A stretch of DNA of 53,995 bases. It comes from an uncultured Opitutaceae bacterium (GTDB taxonomy: Bacteria; Verrucomicrobiota; Verrucomicrobiia; Opitutales; Opitutaceae). Below, piece after piece: positions 1-10,133 of this stretch. Both the position numbers and the translations under genes were made by a program. The notes beneath the pieces are model-generated. The model saw nothing but the letters and a program-made list of their open reading frames with translations. It did no database searches and was not told where the DNA came from. The DNA lies in contig CAZFCY010000010.1 in the NCBI GenBank assembly GCA_964517665.1, forward strand, positions 1,237 through 55,231. The letters run 5' to 3'. How positions within the stretch are numbered: the first letter of the stretch is position 1; each line of letters opens with the position of its first letter.

Positions 1-130
1 CAACCACTCTAAAGTCTTTTTTCTCTTTTTAAATTCCGGAGCACCACTAGATGAGGATGCCGCGCTGCTTGTTGGAGTAGAAACGGGGGAGCTTCGGGTC
101 GTGGCCGATTTCGTCCTTGGCGAGCTTCCA

Positions 131-634
131 CTCGGCGAGCTTCTCCGGCTTTCGCTCGACGTCGCCGAGCAGGAGATCCCGTTGCGGCGCGAACTCGAAG
201 CGCTCGATCGCTATCTCGAGATCGAGCAGGTCCGGCTCGGCGACCGGCTGACCGTGGAGCGCGCGATCGATCCGGCCACGCTCGATGCGAAGGTGCCCTC
301 GCTCATGCTCCAGACCCTGGTGGAAAATGCGATTCGCCACGGGGTGGAGCCACGCGCCGCGCCGGGAAAAATCATCCTGCGCGCGCGCCGCTCCGGCGCG
401 GCGCTGCAGCTCGAGATCGTGGACAACGGCGCCGGGCTCGCCCCCGCGAGCCGCGGAAGCGAGCGGCGCGGCATCGGGATTGCGAACACGGAATCGCGCC
501 TCGCGGAACTCTACGGCCCCGCCGGCCGGATGGTCCTGCGCGAACCGCCGGAGGGCGGCGTGAGCGTCGAGCTGAGCCTGCCGTTTCACAGTAGTGAGAT
601 AGTGGATACGAAGCCGGAGGCGGCGAAGCCATGA
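131..634 (+). CDS. LytS-family sensor histidine kinase, C-terminal part only (5'-truncated)
   Basis: LGELLRLSL...ELEALDRYLEIEQVRLGDRL...LQTLVENAIRHG...DNGAG...GIGIANTESRL are LytS His_kinase/HATPase motifs. It overlaps the LytTR gene start. The H-box is missing upstream (see findings). Confidence 0.85.
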   Translation, partial: LGELLRLSLDVAEQEIPLRRELEALDRYLEIEQVRLGDRLTVERAIDPATLDAKVPSLMLQTLVENAIRHGVEPRAAPGKIILRARRSGAALQLEIVDNGAGLAPASRGSERRGIGIANTESRLAELYGPAGRMVLREPPEGGVSVELSLPFHSSEIVDTKPEAAKP

Positions 635-1398
635 AGAGCATGCGCGTCTTGATCGTGGACGACGAGCCTCTCGCGCGGGAGCGCGTGCGCTCGCTGCTGG
701 CGAAGGAGGAGGATGTCGAAATCGTCGGCGAATGCGCGACCGGGGCCGAGGCGGTCGCGTCGGCGCGCGAGCTGAAGCCCGATGTGATGCTGCTCGACAT
801 CCAGATGCCGGAGCTCGACGGCTTTGGCGTTCTTCGGGAGCTGGGCACGGAACTTCCCGTCGTCATCTTCGTCACCGCCTTCGACGAGCACGCGGTGAGG
901 GCCTTCGAGGTGCACGCGCTCGATTATCTGCTCAAGCCTTTCAAGCCCGCGCGCCTGCGTCAGGCGCTCGACCGCGCGCGAAAGCAGTTGTCCGGCGCGA
1001 GCGGCGGCGACGCCATGGAGCGCATCCTCGCGCTCCTGAGCCGTCAACGCGAGGAGGCCGCGCAGACCTGGCTCACGCGCATCTCGGTGCGCACGGGCGA
1101 CCGGGTGCGGTTCGTGAAGACTGAGGACATCGACTGGATCGAGGCCTCGGGAAACTACGTCGTCATTCACGCCGGCGGCGAGAGGCACACCATCCGGGTC
1201 ACCCTCGGCGCGCTCGAGGCGAAGCTCCCCCCGAAACAGTTTCAACGCCTGAGCCGCTCGGCGGTGGTCAACCTCGACCGCATCAAGGAAGTGCAGCCGC
1301 TCTTCCAGGGCGAGCACGTCGCGATCCTGAAGGACGGCGTCCGCATCGCCATGACCCGCGGCCTGCGCGAGTTGCAGGAGCGGATGAAGTTCCTGTAG
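631..1398 (+). CDS. LytR/AlgR-family response regulator (REC + LytTR)
   Basis: VLIVDDEPLAR, LDIQMP, FVTAFDEHAVRAFEVHALDYLLKPF, IDWIEASGNYV, RLSRSAVVN. Confidence 0.96.
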   Translation: MKSMRVLIVDDEPLARERVRSLLAKEEDVEIVGECATGAEAVASARELKPDVMLLDIQMPELDGFGVLRELGTELPVVIFVTAFDEHAVRAFEVHALDYLLKPFKPARLRQALDRARKQLSGASGGDAMERILALLSRQREEAAQTWLTRISVRTGDRVRFVKTEDIDWIEASGNYVVIHAGGERHTIRVTLGALEAKLPPKQFQRLSRSAVVNLDRIKEVQPLFQGEHVAILKDGVRIAMTRGLRELQERMKFL

Positions 1399-1461
1399 CG
1401 GAATCGACATCCGCGCGCGCCTCTTTCTCGTCGTTCTTTATATCGTTCGATAGGGCGCGCG

Positions 1462-1953
1462 TTATATCGAACGACGGAAGGAGGGTGAATCGCCGGGCGG
1501 GGATCCGCCGTCGTCCCCGGCCCGCTCGCGCGCCCGACGGCTCATGCAGGCGCCGGCGACCCCGCCGATGATCGGATCGGTTTCTTCGAACCGAAATCCG
1601 AGGCGCTGCCAGAAGCCGACCGGGGACTCGTCGTCGAGGGCAACCGGCAGCAATCTGATCTGCCGCACCTCCTCCGGAACCGATCGGGCCCAACGATCGA
1701 ACATCCGCCGCCCGATGCCGTTGCGGCGAAGCTCGCGCGGCACGTAGATGAGGCCGACCCACGCTGTATCGCTTTCGATGCGCGTGGCGAGGAACGGAGC
1801 CGATCCCAGTCGCATGCGTCCGAACAGGCGTGGTTTTGCCTGTTTTGCGAACGGGCGCGCGCGAAACAATCCCGCCTGAACGCGCGTAGTAGCCGGACTC
1901 GTGGCGCGGGGCTGGGGAAACACCGCATCCGTGATCGACTTTTGTCGGTTCAT
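1462..1953 (-). CDS. putative GNAT-family N-acetyltransferase (start uncertain)
   Basis: [16 protein letters not shown] acetyl-CoA-binding motif A; FWQRLGF motif B. Confidence 0.6.
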   Translation of the reverse strand: MNRQKSITDAVFPQPRATSPATTRVQAGLFRARPFAKQAKPRLFGRMRLGSAPFLATRIESDTAWVGLIYVPRELRRNGIGRRMFDRWARSVPEEVRQIRLLPVALDDESPVGFWQRLGFRFEETDPIIGGVAGACMSRRARERAGDDGGSPPGDSPSFRRSI

Positions 1954-2023
1954 GAACGAGAAACATCCGGCCCGTTTCGCACGGCGCTTCTTTTGTTCAG
2001 CGTCCCTCAATCCCGTTTCGAAC

Positions 2024-2611
2024 ATGAGCAAGATCAAAGACGAGGTCCTCGCCGCCAATGCCAGTTACGCCGCCGACTTCGGCGACAAGGGAAACCTTCC
2101 CATGCCTCCGGGCCGGCGTTTCGCCATCCTCACCTGCATGGACGCCCGGCTCGATCCCGCGAAATACGCCGGGCTCGCCGAGGGCGACGCGCACGTCATC
2201 CGCAACGCCGGCGGCCGCGCCAGCGACGACGCGATCCGCTCGCTCGTCATCTCCTACAAGCTTCTCGGCACCCGCGAGTGGTTCGTGATCCATCACACCG
2301 ATTGCGGGATGCTCACCTTCACCGACGAGGTCATGGTCGATCTTCTCGCCAGCAGCCTGAAGCCCGCGAGCATCGGCGCGGACGGCTGGAAGGATCCCGG
2401 TGGCGGCCCCGGCTCGACCGAGGGCAAATATATCCGCTGGCTCGCGTTTCAGGACAACGCGAAGAGCGTGGTCGAGGATGTGGAGCGCATCCGCCACCAC
2501 CCGCTCGTGCCGGGGGACATTCCGATCTTCGGCTATATCTACGACTGCAAGACCGGAAAGCTCGTCGAAATCCCCGAGGCCACGCGCGCGGGCGCGGCGC
2601 AGGCCGGCTGA
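2024..2611 (+). CDS. beta-class carbonic anhydrase (clade D-like)
   Basis: [23 protein letters not shown] (Cys/His/Cys Zn ligands). Confidence 0.95.
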   Translation: MSKIKDEVLAANASYAADFGDKGNLPMPPGRRFAILTCMDARLDPAKYAGLAEGDAHVIRNAGGRASDDAIRSLVISYKLLGTREWFVIHHTDCGMLTFTDEVMVDLLASSLKPASIGADGWKDPGGGPGSTEGKYIRWLAFQDNAKSVVEDVERIRHHPLVPGDIPIFGYIYDCKTGKLVEIPEATRAGAAQAG

Positions 2612-2656
2612 TTCGCGGGCGTCCGGCGGGCGCGCGCCGCCGATCCCGATCCACGC

Positions 2657-3214
2657 ATGTCGCTTCACATCGCCTTTCTTCGCGGCATCAATCTCGGCCG
2701 GCGCCGCGTGAAGATGGCCGATCTCCGGCGGCATTTCGAGGCGTTGAAATTCAAGCGCGTCGGGACATTCATCGCGAGCGGCAACGTCGTTTTCGATGCG
2801 GCCGCGCGCGACCCCGCGAAGCTGGAGACCCGGATCGAGAAACACCTTCGCGACGCGCTCGGTTTCGACGTCGACACCTTCGTCCGCACATCCGGGGAAT
2901 TGGGCGCCGTGGCCGGGGAGCGTCCGTTTGCATCCGCGGACATGGAGGCGCCGGACCATTCGATCCATGTCACCTTCCTGCGCGCCGAGCCGGATGCGGA
3001 AACGAGGAAGGGGTTCGCCGCCCTGCGCACGGACATGGACGAGTTTCGCGTGATCGGCCGCGAACTTTACTGGCTCTGCCGCGGCAAGCTCACGCAAAGC
3101 AGCGTCGCCGCGCCTGTCCTGACCAGGGTGTTCCGGACCGTTCCCGGAACGATGCGCAACCTGAAGACAGTCCGAAAACTCGCCGAGCTGTATCCGCCTG
3201 CGGCGGACCGCTGA
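2657..3214 (+). CDS. DUF1697 domain protein
   Basis: IAFLRGINLG..VKMADLR, TFIASGNVVF, TMRNLKTV. Confidence 0.92.
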   Translation: MSLHIAFLRGINLGRRRVKMADLRRHFEALKFKRVGTFIASGNVVFDAAARDPAKLETRIEKHLRDALGFDVDTFVRTSGELGAVAGERPFASADMEAPDHSIHVTFLRAEPDAETRKGFAALRTDMDEFRVIGRELYWLCRGKLTQSSVAAPVLTRVFRTVPGTMRNLKTVRKLAELYPPAADR

Positions 3215-3337
3215 GCCCCGGGCCGCGGAGGAAGGGGAGAACCTTCCGCCTGCCGGCCCACAAACAGGCGTGGCGGGAGGGTGTTTTCGGGTTATTGCGT
3301 TTGCCGTGACTGCCGGAGGGGGCTAGCTTCACGGCCT

Positions 3338-3667
3338 ATGATCGACTCTATCAAGAAGGTGATGCTTGCGGGGGTCGGCGCTGCCGTGATCACTGCGGAA
3401 AAGGTCGAGGAAGCGCTTTCGGATTGGGTGGACCGCGGGAAGGTCTCCGCCGACGAGGCGAAGGAGATGGCGCAAAAGGTGGCGTCGCAGGGCAGGGACG
3501 AGTTCGAGACGGCCTCGCGCGACGTGAAGAAGGGGCTCCACGAGTTGCTCGAGAAGGCGGGCGTGGGCCAGAAGGACCGCGTCGACGCGCTGGAGAAGCG
3601 ATTGCTCGCGCTCGAGATCGAGGTCGCCAATCTCAACACTCACCTGCGCAACGACGCCACGCGGTGA
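3338..3667 (+). CDS. phasin-like / polyhydroxyalkanoate granule-associated family protein
   Basis: KKVMLAGVGAAVITAEK..WVDRGKVSADEAK, helical, ends VDALEKRLLALE; overlaps the ABC1 kinase start. Confidence 0.75.
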   Translation: MIDSIKKVMLAGVGAAVITAEKVEEALSDWVDRGKVSADEAKEMAQKVASQGRDEFETASRDVKKGLHELLEKAGVGQKDRVDALEKRLLALEIEVANLNTHLRNDATR

Positions 3668-5322
3668 AGCCGTTCGACCTGCTCTCCAACGCCGTGCGGG
3701 CGAAGGAGATCGCCACGGTCCTCATTCGCAACGGGTTCGCCGACCTGCTTCAGAAAATCGAGGCCCCGGCGGGGCTCCTCAAACGGTTCGTGCCGCAGGG
3801 CGACGAACGGCTGAGCACGTGGGAACGGATCCGGATCGTGCTGGAGCAGCTCGGGCCGACGTTCGTGAAGTTCGGCCAGATGCTGAGCATGCGGCCGGAC
3901 GTGCTGCCCGAGGCGTTGATCCTGGAGCTGCGGAAGCTGCAGGACAGCGTCCAGCCCCAGCCGTTCGAGGAGTTCGAGCCGGTGATTCGCGACGGCCTTG
4001 GCGCGGAGATCGAGGCGATATTCTCCGAGTTCGATCGCACGGCGGTGGCGGCGGCCTCGCTGGCGCAGGTTTATTTCGCGCGGTTGAGGAGCACGGAGGA
4101 GGCCGTCGCGGTGAAGGTCCAGCGTCCGAACATCCGCCGCATGATCGAGGCTGATTTCGAGATGCTGCGCTGGTTCGTGCGGCAGGCGCACCAGCGGCTC
4201 GATGATCTCAAGCCTTACAACCTTCCGGTCATCGTCGAGGAGTTGCGGGAGGGCATCGAGCGGGAGCTGGATTTCCGGATCGAGGCGCGCAACGCCAGTT
4301 TCTTTCTCTTCCAGAATCCGCATCCGGAGGCGGTCTTCGCGCCCCGGCCGGTCGAGATCGTGAGCAGCCGCACGGTGCTGGTGATGGAGCGCGTGGAAGG
4401 GGCCAAGCTGGTGACCTTCGCCCCGGGTTCGGAGACGGCTCGGCGGCTGGCTTCGGACGGCGCGCGCTCGATTTTTCACCAGATCCTCGTCTCGGGCTTT
4501 TTCCACGCCGATCCGCACGGGGGAAACATCGTCGTGGCGCGCGATGGGCGGCTTTGTTTTCTCGACTGGGGGCTGGTCGGACAACTGACGCGGCGCATGC
4601 GCTACACGCTCGTCGATCTCTTCGGCGCCTTCTTGCAGGGCGATTCCGGTCAGGTCGTGCGCGTCGCCGGCGAACTCGGGCGCGCCACGCGCAGCCGGCG
4701 GGACACGCGGGCGATGGAGCGCGAGATCCTTTACGCCCTGCGCGAGAGTTTCGATCCGGACACGGGCCGCGGACAGATCGGCCGCGCGCTGCTCCGGCTG
4801 CTGCACATCTTCGGCGAAAACGGCGTGGATGTCGGGCGCGATTATGCCCTCGTGGCCAAGGCCGTGCTTTCGATCGAGGAGGCCGGCACGAGCCTCGATC
4901 CGGATTTCAATATTCGCGCGTGTTTTCAGCCCGCGGTGGACGAACTGCAGCGCGAGCGGCGCGATCCACGGCTTCTCTGGCGGTCGCTGTGGCAGGGCAT
5001 CGGCTCGGGCCTCGGGAGGCTTCAGGATCTTCCGGGAGAACTCCACCGGGTGTTGCGGCTTCTCGAGGAGGGCAGCGCCACGATCAATTTTCAGCACCGA
5101 GGGCTCGAGGATCTCGACGACGCGATCAACGACGCGAGCAACAAGGTCACGCTCGGCGTCATCATCGGCTGCCTCATCATCGGCTCGTCGCTGATCCTGA
5201 CCACGGGCATGGGGCCGTTCATCTTCGGTTACCCCGCGATCGGGCTTTTCGGTTACCTCCTGTCCGCGCTTCTCGGTGTGTGGGTGGTGGTCGATATCCT
5301 CCGCCATCGGCGACGGCGTTGA
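3664..5322 (+). CDS. AarF/UbiB/ABC1-family atypical kinase
   Basis: LEQLGPTFVKFGQMLS, AAASLAQV, VAVKVQRP, FFHADPHGGN, LDWGLVG; two C-terminal TM helices; GTG start. Confidence 0.95.
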   Translation: MKPFDLLSNAVRAKEIATVLIRNGFADLLQKIEAPAGLLKRFVPQGDERLSTWERIRIVLEQLGPTFVKFGQMLSMRPDVLPEALILELRKLQDSVQPQPFEEFEPVIRDGLGAEIEAIFSEFDRTAVAAASLAQVYFARLRSTEEAVAVKVQRPNIRRMIEADFEMLRWFVRQAHQRLDDLKPYNLPVIVEELREGIERELDFRIEARNASFFLFQNPHPEAVFAPRPVEIVSSRTVLVMERVEGAKLVTFAPGSETARRLASDGARSIFHQILVSGFFHADPHGGNIVVARDGRLCFLDWGLVGQLTRRMRYTLVDLFGAFLQGDSGQVVRVAGELGRATRSRRDTRAMEREILYALRESFDPDTGRGQIGRALLRLLHIFGENGVDVGRDYALVAKAVLSIEEAGTSLDPDFNIRACFQPAVDELQRERRDPRLLWRSLWQGIGSGLGRLQDLPGELHRVLRLLEEGSATINFQHRGLEDLDDAINDASNKVTLGVIIGCLIIGSSLILTTGMGPFIFGYPAIGLFGYLLSALLGVWVVVDILRHRRRR

Positions 5323-5357
5323 CGCGCGAAGGCGCATGCGACGACCTGGCCCGCGAC

Positions 5358-5386
5358 AAAAAAAGCGGCCCGCGCAGGGGCCGCTT
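5358..5386 (-). terminator. rho-independent terminator of the SYLF gene
   Basis: Stem AAGCGGCCC/GGGCCGCTT followed by a T run on the minus strand, between convergent genes. Confidence 0.7.
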
Positions 5387-5416
5387 GTCGCAAGAGGAAA
5401 ACGAGGCGCGGGCGCG

Positions 5417-6118
5417 CTATCGGCCGGCCCGGCCTTCCGCGGCGCGCAGCCGCGTGAGGAGCGATTGCGCCTCGGGCGGCGGCTGGAACCACGTGCTCAA
5501 CGCGATCTCCGGCGTGGCGTGCGTGGTGTTGTAGAGTTCGCGATTGGCGCGATCGAAGGGCGCGAGCCATGCGGTCTTGAACGACGCGCCGGCGAACAAC
5601 CCGCCGGTCGAGGAGTAAACGAGCACGGGAGCGTTGAAGAGGTCGAAACGTTCGCGCTCCACCGCCTTTGGACCGGCCACGGCGACGGCGTCGGCTCCGA
5701 TGTCGAAACGGCCGGAGTAGGCGAGGGTGACGGCTTCGTCCGACATGAGCAGGAAGACCGAGTTGATCTCCTTCACGCCGGCTTGAAGCCCGAAGTTGAC
5801 GCCGCCCGGATCGAGGAAAACGGGGACGCCCCACCTGCCGTTTTGCGGGTTGCGGGCGACGAGGACGGCCGAGCCTCCCTGCCCGCCGAAGATGAAGCCG
5901 GCGCGGTATTGGTGGACCAGCACCACGCCCTTGGCCTCGCGCAAAACCTCGGACGGAATGGCCGTCTCGGGTTTGCTCATCACGACCTCGAGCGAGTACT
6001 CACATGAGGTGAGTTTCTCGACCAACTGATCGCGGAAAGACTTCTCGGCTGCATGGGCCAGGGCAGGAGCGGCGAGGAGGGCTGCGACGGCTGAGAATCG
6101 TGTCAACAAGGTCTTCAT
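5417..6118 (-). CDS. secreted lipid-binding SYLF (Ysc84) domain protein
   Basis: Signal peptide; IPSEVLREAKGV, AGFIFGGQGGSAV, GLQAGV, YSSTGGLFAGAS. Confidence 0.9.
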   Translation of the reverse strand: MKTLLTRFSAVAALLAAPALAHAAEKSFRDQLVEKLTSCEYSLEVVMSKPETAIPSEVLREAKGVVLVHQYRAGFIFGGQGGSAVLVARNPQNGRWGVPVFLDPGGVNFGLQAGVKEINSVFLLMSDEAVTLAYSGRFDIGADAVAVAGPKAVERERFDLFNAPVLVYSSTGGLFAGASFKTAWLAPFDRANRELYNTTHATPEIALSTWFQPPPEAQSLLTRLRAAEGRAGR

Positions 6119-6307
6119 GAGCTGTTTCTGGAGGGTCACCGCACCGCATTTTCCCTCAAAAGGCAATGGGGAAGACTTGGTTTGGACGCGCTGCAAAACG
6201 TGCGACAAGGCCGGCGCAAAAGGGTTTCCCGACGAGGCGCGCGCGAGATGGATTTGCCGCGACGACCGGACATGGTCTTCTGTCTCCCTTCACCGTCTCC
6301 TATTTTT

Positions 6308-7408
6308 TCAGCGCGTCTCGAGTTTGAGTTCGGGCGGCGTTTCCGCGGTCGCTTGCGGGAAGATGCGGTGGAGCCGGTGGCAGGTGTAGAAAAACATCGC
6401 GCCGCCGCCGATCACGTAGAGGTGGTAGGTGAAGAACCGCCACACGATCAGGACCACGCCGACCAGCCCGGTCGGCACGAAGGTGGGCAGGATGATCGCG
6501 GTCAGCAGCTCCACGCTTCCGCCGCCGCCGGGCGCGACCACGAGCAGCGAGAGCCCGAAGAGCACGCCCTGCACGAGAAACAGCGGCAGGGGATTCACCG
6601 GCGTGTCGAACGAGAGCAGGATGATCGGCAGCAGCATGTAGCGGCAGCACCATTGCAGCGACGCGATCAGGAGGTTGGCGAAGAGCGCGCCCTTGCGGTG
6701 CCTCCAGAGAAACTTCAGCGAGGTGCCCACGCGGCGGATGCTGCGGGAGGTCGCCTGCCGCAGCTTGCGATACCGCCCGGGCAGGCGTTTCCGCCTCCCG
6801 AATCGCGTCGCGCCCAGCAGCCCCGAGAGCATGCGGTGAAACCAGTTCGAGCGCAGGAGCAGCACGAGCCCGGCGCCGGCGGCGACCACGGCCGCCATCA
6901 TGATGAGCGCGTCGATCTCGCTCGGGCTGTCGAAGAGCCGCTCGAGGATGCGCTGGCGCAGGAGCACGAAGACCGCGAACGGCGCGAGCAGCGCGAAGAA
7001 AACCACGTCCACCGCCGCGTCCGCCGCGAGAAGCGAACCCGCGGTGGTCAACGGCACGCCGGCCTGCCGCAGCAGGCTGAGCCGGATCACCGTCCCGCCG
7101 ACTCCCGCCGGGGTCGCGGCGATGCCGAACTCCGTGGAGAGGGAAACGGCGATCGACTGGCGGTAGCGCAGCGGATGCCCGGCCGCCCGGCACATCAGCC
7201 AGATCCGCGCGCCGTTGCAGAGCCACGCGACCACGACCATGGCGAAGAGCACGGGCAGGATCGAAAACGAGAAGTTTCCCAGCCGCTCGAGCGTTTCCTC
7301 GCGAGCGGTGAAGACGACCACGAGCACGCTCGCGATGCCGCCCAGCGCCAGCCCTTGCAGGACGTAGCGGAGCATTCGCTTCTGATTGAGCGTGCGCAGG
7401 GGCTTCAT
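6308..7408 (-). CDS. lysylphosphatidylglycerol synthase TM-domain (flippase-like) membrane protein
   Basis: Multiple TM helices; ATPAGVGG, APGGGGSVE, IVWRFFTYHL. Confidence 0.88.
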   Translation of the reverse strand: MKPLRTLNQKRMLRYVLQGLALGGIASVLVVVFTAREETLERLGNFSFSILPVLFAMVVVAWLCNGARIWLMCRAAGHPLRYRQSIAVSLSTEFGIAATPAGVGGTVIRLSLLRQAGVPLTTAGSLLAADAAVDVVFFALLAPFAVFVLLRQRILERLFDSPSEIDALIMMAAVVAAGAGLVLLLRSNWFHRMLSGLLGATRFGRRKRLPGRYRKLRQATSRSIRRVGTSLKFLWRHRKGALFANLLIASLQWCCRYMLLPIILLSFDTPVNPLPLFLVQGVLFGLSLLVVAPGGGGSVELLTAIILPTFVPTGLVGVVLIVWRFFTYHLYVIGGGAMFFYTCHRLHRIFPQATAETPPELKLETR

Positions 7409-8220
7409 GCGATCGTGAGCGGATCGAGCGCGGCCGGCTTCGCTTCGCCGGGCAGGAGATCGCGATAGGTCATGGGGCGGCGGCCCGTACGGAGAGCGTC
7501 GGCGATCCGATCGTAGAGCGATCGTTCCACGCGCGAATCGAGGAAATCGCCCGGATGCGCGGCGATGCGGAGGACCGGCGCGGACCGTTGCACGCGCGCC
7601 CACACGCGCACCCAGCCGCGCGAGACGAGGCGCCTCCACGCGTTGCGGCAGGAGTAAACCACCGTCGGCGCGGCGACCTGTCCGCCGTGCTGGAGAAACT
7701 CCACTTCGCCGAACGTCGTGGTGTAGCGCAAGCCGCAGGCCCGCGCCGCTTCGCGCCCGGCCGCGCTCATCAGCCAGGCCGGCGGGGTGAAGCCGACGAC
7801 GGGGAGTCCGCCGGCGGCCTCGAGGATCGAAAGGCCGCGGCTCAACCGGTCGAACGCCGTGTCCTTGTTGATCTGGAAAAACTCGCCCTCGCCCGCGGTG
7901 TAGTGGCGGGCGATGAGCCGATTGAGCGGGCCGCCGCGAAAGCCGTCCGCGCGGTGAAAGAAACCGTGGAGGCAGATCTCGTGCCCCGCCTCGACCGCGC
8001 GGTTCATCCAACGCACGCAGGCGGTGTCCTCGCTCAGTGGTTTCGCGCCGTGCCACCGCGGCACCGCGAGCAGGCTGATCCGGGGGACGCCGATGCGCGC
8101 GAGCCGGTCGACGAATCGCGCGCAGATCTCCCGCGAACCCGGGTGCAGGTCGTGGAAGGAGACGATCAGGCGCCGATCCGGCTCAGCTCTCGCTGAAGTC
8201 CCGGAAGAGGGTCGACACAT
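7405..8220 (-). CDS. DUF2334 / polysaccharide deacetylase-family protein (start uncertain)
   Basis: IVSFHDLHP, GHEICLHGFFH, EGEF, GFTPPAWLMS, LRIAAHPGD. Confidence 0.85.
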   Translation of the reverse strand: MCRPSSGTSARAEPDRRLIVSFHDLHPGSREICARFVDRLARIGVPRISLLAVPRWHGAKPLSEDTACVRWMNRAVEAGHEICLHGFFHRADGFRGGPLNRLIARHYTAGEGEFFQINKDTAFDRLSRGLSILEAAGGLPVVGFTPPAWLMSAAGREAARACGLRYTTTFGEVEFLQHGGQVAAPTVVYSCRNAWRRLVSRGWVRVWARVQRSAPVLRIAAHPGDFLDSRVERSLYDRIADALRTGRRPMTYRDLLPGEAKPAALDPLTIA

Positions 8221-8839
8221 AGATCGGCTTTGTCTCGTAGCGGTCGAACTTCGTGATTCGTCGACGAGAGAGTTCGCGAAAGCCGTACCGTGTCCAGAAG
8301 GTGCTGCGACGGTCGTCCCGGGTCTGGATTTGTCCATAGATGCGCGGCACTCCGCGTGCCTGAGCCAGTTCGAAGAAACTGAAGACGAGTTCACGGCCGA
8401 CGACCCCCGTGCGGTGGCTGGACCGCAGATTGATGTGGAAATGGGCCGAATGCCGGGGTGCGGGCGGGGTTTCTTTGATGGATTTGAGAACGACCCAATA
8501 GAGAAAACCGCGGCTGGATTTGTTGTAACGGCCGCTCAGGAAACGCACAAGCACCCTCGGGACGGTGCGGGTCAGCAGCAGCGCCACCTGCTTCCAGGCC
8601 TGAAAGCGATAGCGCGTGCAACCCAGCACATAGCCGACGACTTCGCCCGTTTCCTCATCCTCCGCCACGAGCGCGCTCTCCGGCTCGTAGTCCGTGTAGT
8701 AACGGGTGAAAAAATCCGCGAAGACCTCCCGGTCCTCGAAAATCTCGTCGATCGGATTGCCCATGAAACCCGTGTCGGCGCAGATGGCGCGCACCGCCGA
8801 CCGGTCAGTGGGAGCGTAAGGTCTGACGCGACAGCTCAT
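8183..8839 (-). CDS. GNAT-family N-acetyltransferase
   Basis: VRPYAPTDRSAVRAICADTGF, YYTDYEPES, VVGYVLG, AHFHINL..HRTGVVGREL. Confidence 0.8.
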   Translation of the reverse strand: MSCRVRPYAPTDRSAVRAICADTGFMGNPIDEIFEDREVFADFFTRYYTDYEPESALVAEDEETGEVVGYVLGCTRYRFQAWKQVALLLTRTVPRVLVRFLSGRYNKSSRGFLYWVVLKSIKETPPAPRHSAHFHINLRSSHRTGVVGRELVFSFFELAQARGVPRIYGQIQTRDDRRSTFWTRYGFRELSRRRITKFDRYETKPIYVSTLFRDFSES

Positions 8840-10037
8840 GGCTCACTGGCGGCTCGGCCGGGAAACCCTGGATCGTCCCATGCGAGATGAGATGCTCGTA
8901 GAGCGCGAGCATGCGTTCGAAGGTGGAAGCGATGGAGAAATGCTTCTCGATCCGCCGGCGGCGCGCGTCCCGGCTTTCCGCGGAGTCACCCGCGCGGAGG
9001 AACCGGTCGATGCCCGCGGCGAGCGCTTTCGGGGAACCGTCGGAGGCGAGCCACGGGCGTTCCTCGCCGCGTGTGGTGTCCTCGACTCCGCCTTCGCGGA
9101 TGGCGAGGACCGGACAACCGCAGGCCTGCGCCTCCAGCGAGACGATGCCGAAGGTCTCGTACTTGCCGCCGTGCACAAAAAGATCCGCCGCCGAGTAAAA
9201 GTCCGCGAGCCTCTGCGCGGATTCGCAATACGGCATCCAGGTCAGATTGGTCCGGCGCGCCGCCTCCGCGATGACGCGCTCGTGCAGCTCGCCGTCGCCC
9301 ACCAGCAGCAGGTGCACCGGGTCGTTTTCGCCCGAAAGCTCATCGAGCGCGGCGATGAGGTTTTTGATGTTCTTCTCCCGCGCCATGCGGCCGACGAAAA
9401 GCAGCAGGCGGACGTCCCCGGCCAGCCCGAGTTCGCGCCGCACCCTGTCGCGCGAGGGTTGCGGGCGGAAAAGCTGGACGTTGGTGCCGAGCGGCACGTG
9501 GACGATGCGCTCGATCCCGCAGGCTTCGAGCACGTCGCAGAGGCGGACGCTCGAAACCACGGTCGCCGTCATGCGATTATAGAGCCGCACGATGTAGCGC
9601 TGGATCGGCCGGGAGATGATCTGCTCCATCCAGCCGCCGGCAAACTTCCGGACGGTGCGCCCGATCGCCCGCGGGAAATCCGAGTGGTAAAACGCCACCA
9701 CCGGGATCCCGAGTTTCCGGCCGGCCTCGAGTCCGATCCATGCCGTGCGGTAAGGATCGCCGACCTCGATCAGGTCCGGCTTTTCATTGCTTACGATCTC
9801 GAGGATGCGCCGCCGGGCGACGAGCAGGCGGTAGCTGCGCGAGCCGATCAGGCGCGGCGACTTGATCTCGTGGATCGTCGCGGAAGCGGTGCGCGTGACG
9901 GCGTTGCGGTGCGAGGGGATGATGAGCAGATGATGAGCGCCCGGGCGCTCCGCGAGGAAGCGCTGCTTATCGAGCAGGTAACGCTTCACCCCGCCACTGA
10001 GCGGCGAGTAAAACTGGGCGATGTCACAGATCTTCAT
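8805..10037 (-). CDS. glycosyltransferase family 4 (GT-B)
   Basis: DIAQFYSPLSGGVKRYL, YHSDFP, LFVGRMAREKN, ETFGIVSLEAQACG. Confidence 0.93.
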   Translation of the reverse strand: MKICDIAQFYSPLSGGVKRYLLDKQRFLAERPGAHHLLIIPSHRNAVTRTASATIHEIKSPRLIGSRSYRLLVARRRILEIVSNEKPDLIEVGDPYRTAWIGLEAGRKLGIPVVAFYHSDFPRAIGRTVRKFAGGWMEQIISRPIQRYIVRLYNRMTATVVSSVRLCDVLEACGIERIVHVPLGTNVQLFRPQPSRDRVRRELGLAGDVRLLLFVGRMAREKNIKNLIAALDELSGENDPVHLLLVGDGELHERVIAEAARRTNLTWMPYCESAQRLADFYSAADLFVHGGKYETFGIVSLEAQACGCPVLAIREGGVEDTTRGEERPWLASDGSPKALAAGIDRFLRAGDSAESRDARRRRIEKHFSIASTFERMLALYEHLISHGTIQGFPAEPPVSHELSRQTLRSH

Positions 10038-10133
10038 CCGCTGCGGTTTCGTTTTCAGATAGGGAGATGAAGAGTTAGGCCGACGCGAACGGGCCGGGCG
10101 AGGCTTATTTCCAAGGCGCGGGCGCGCGCGGTT

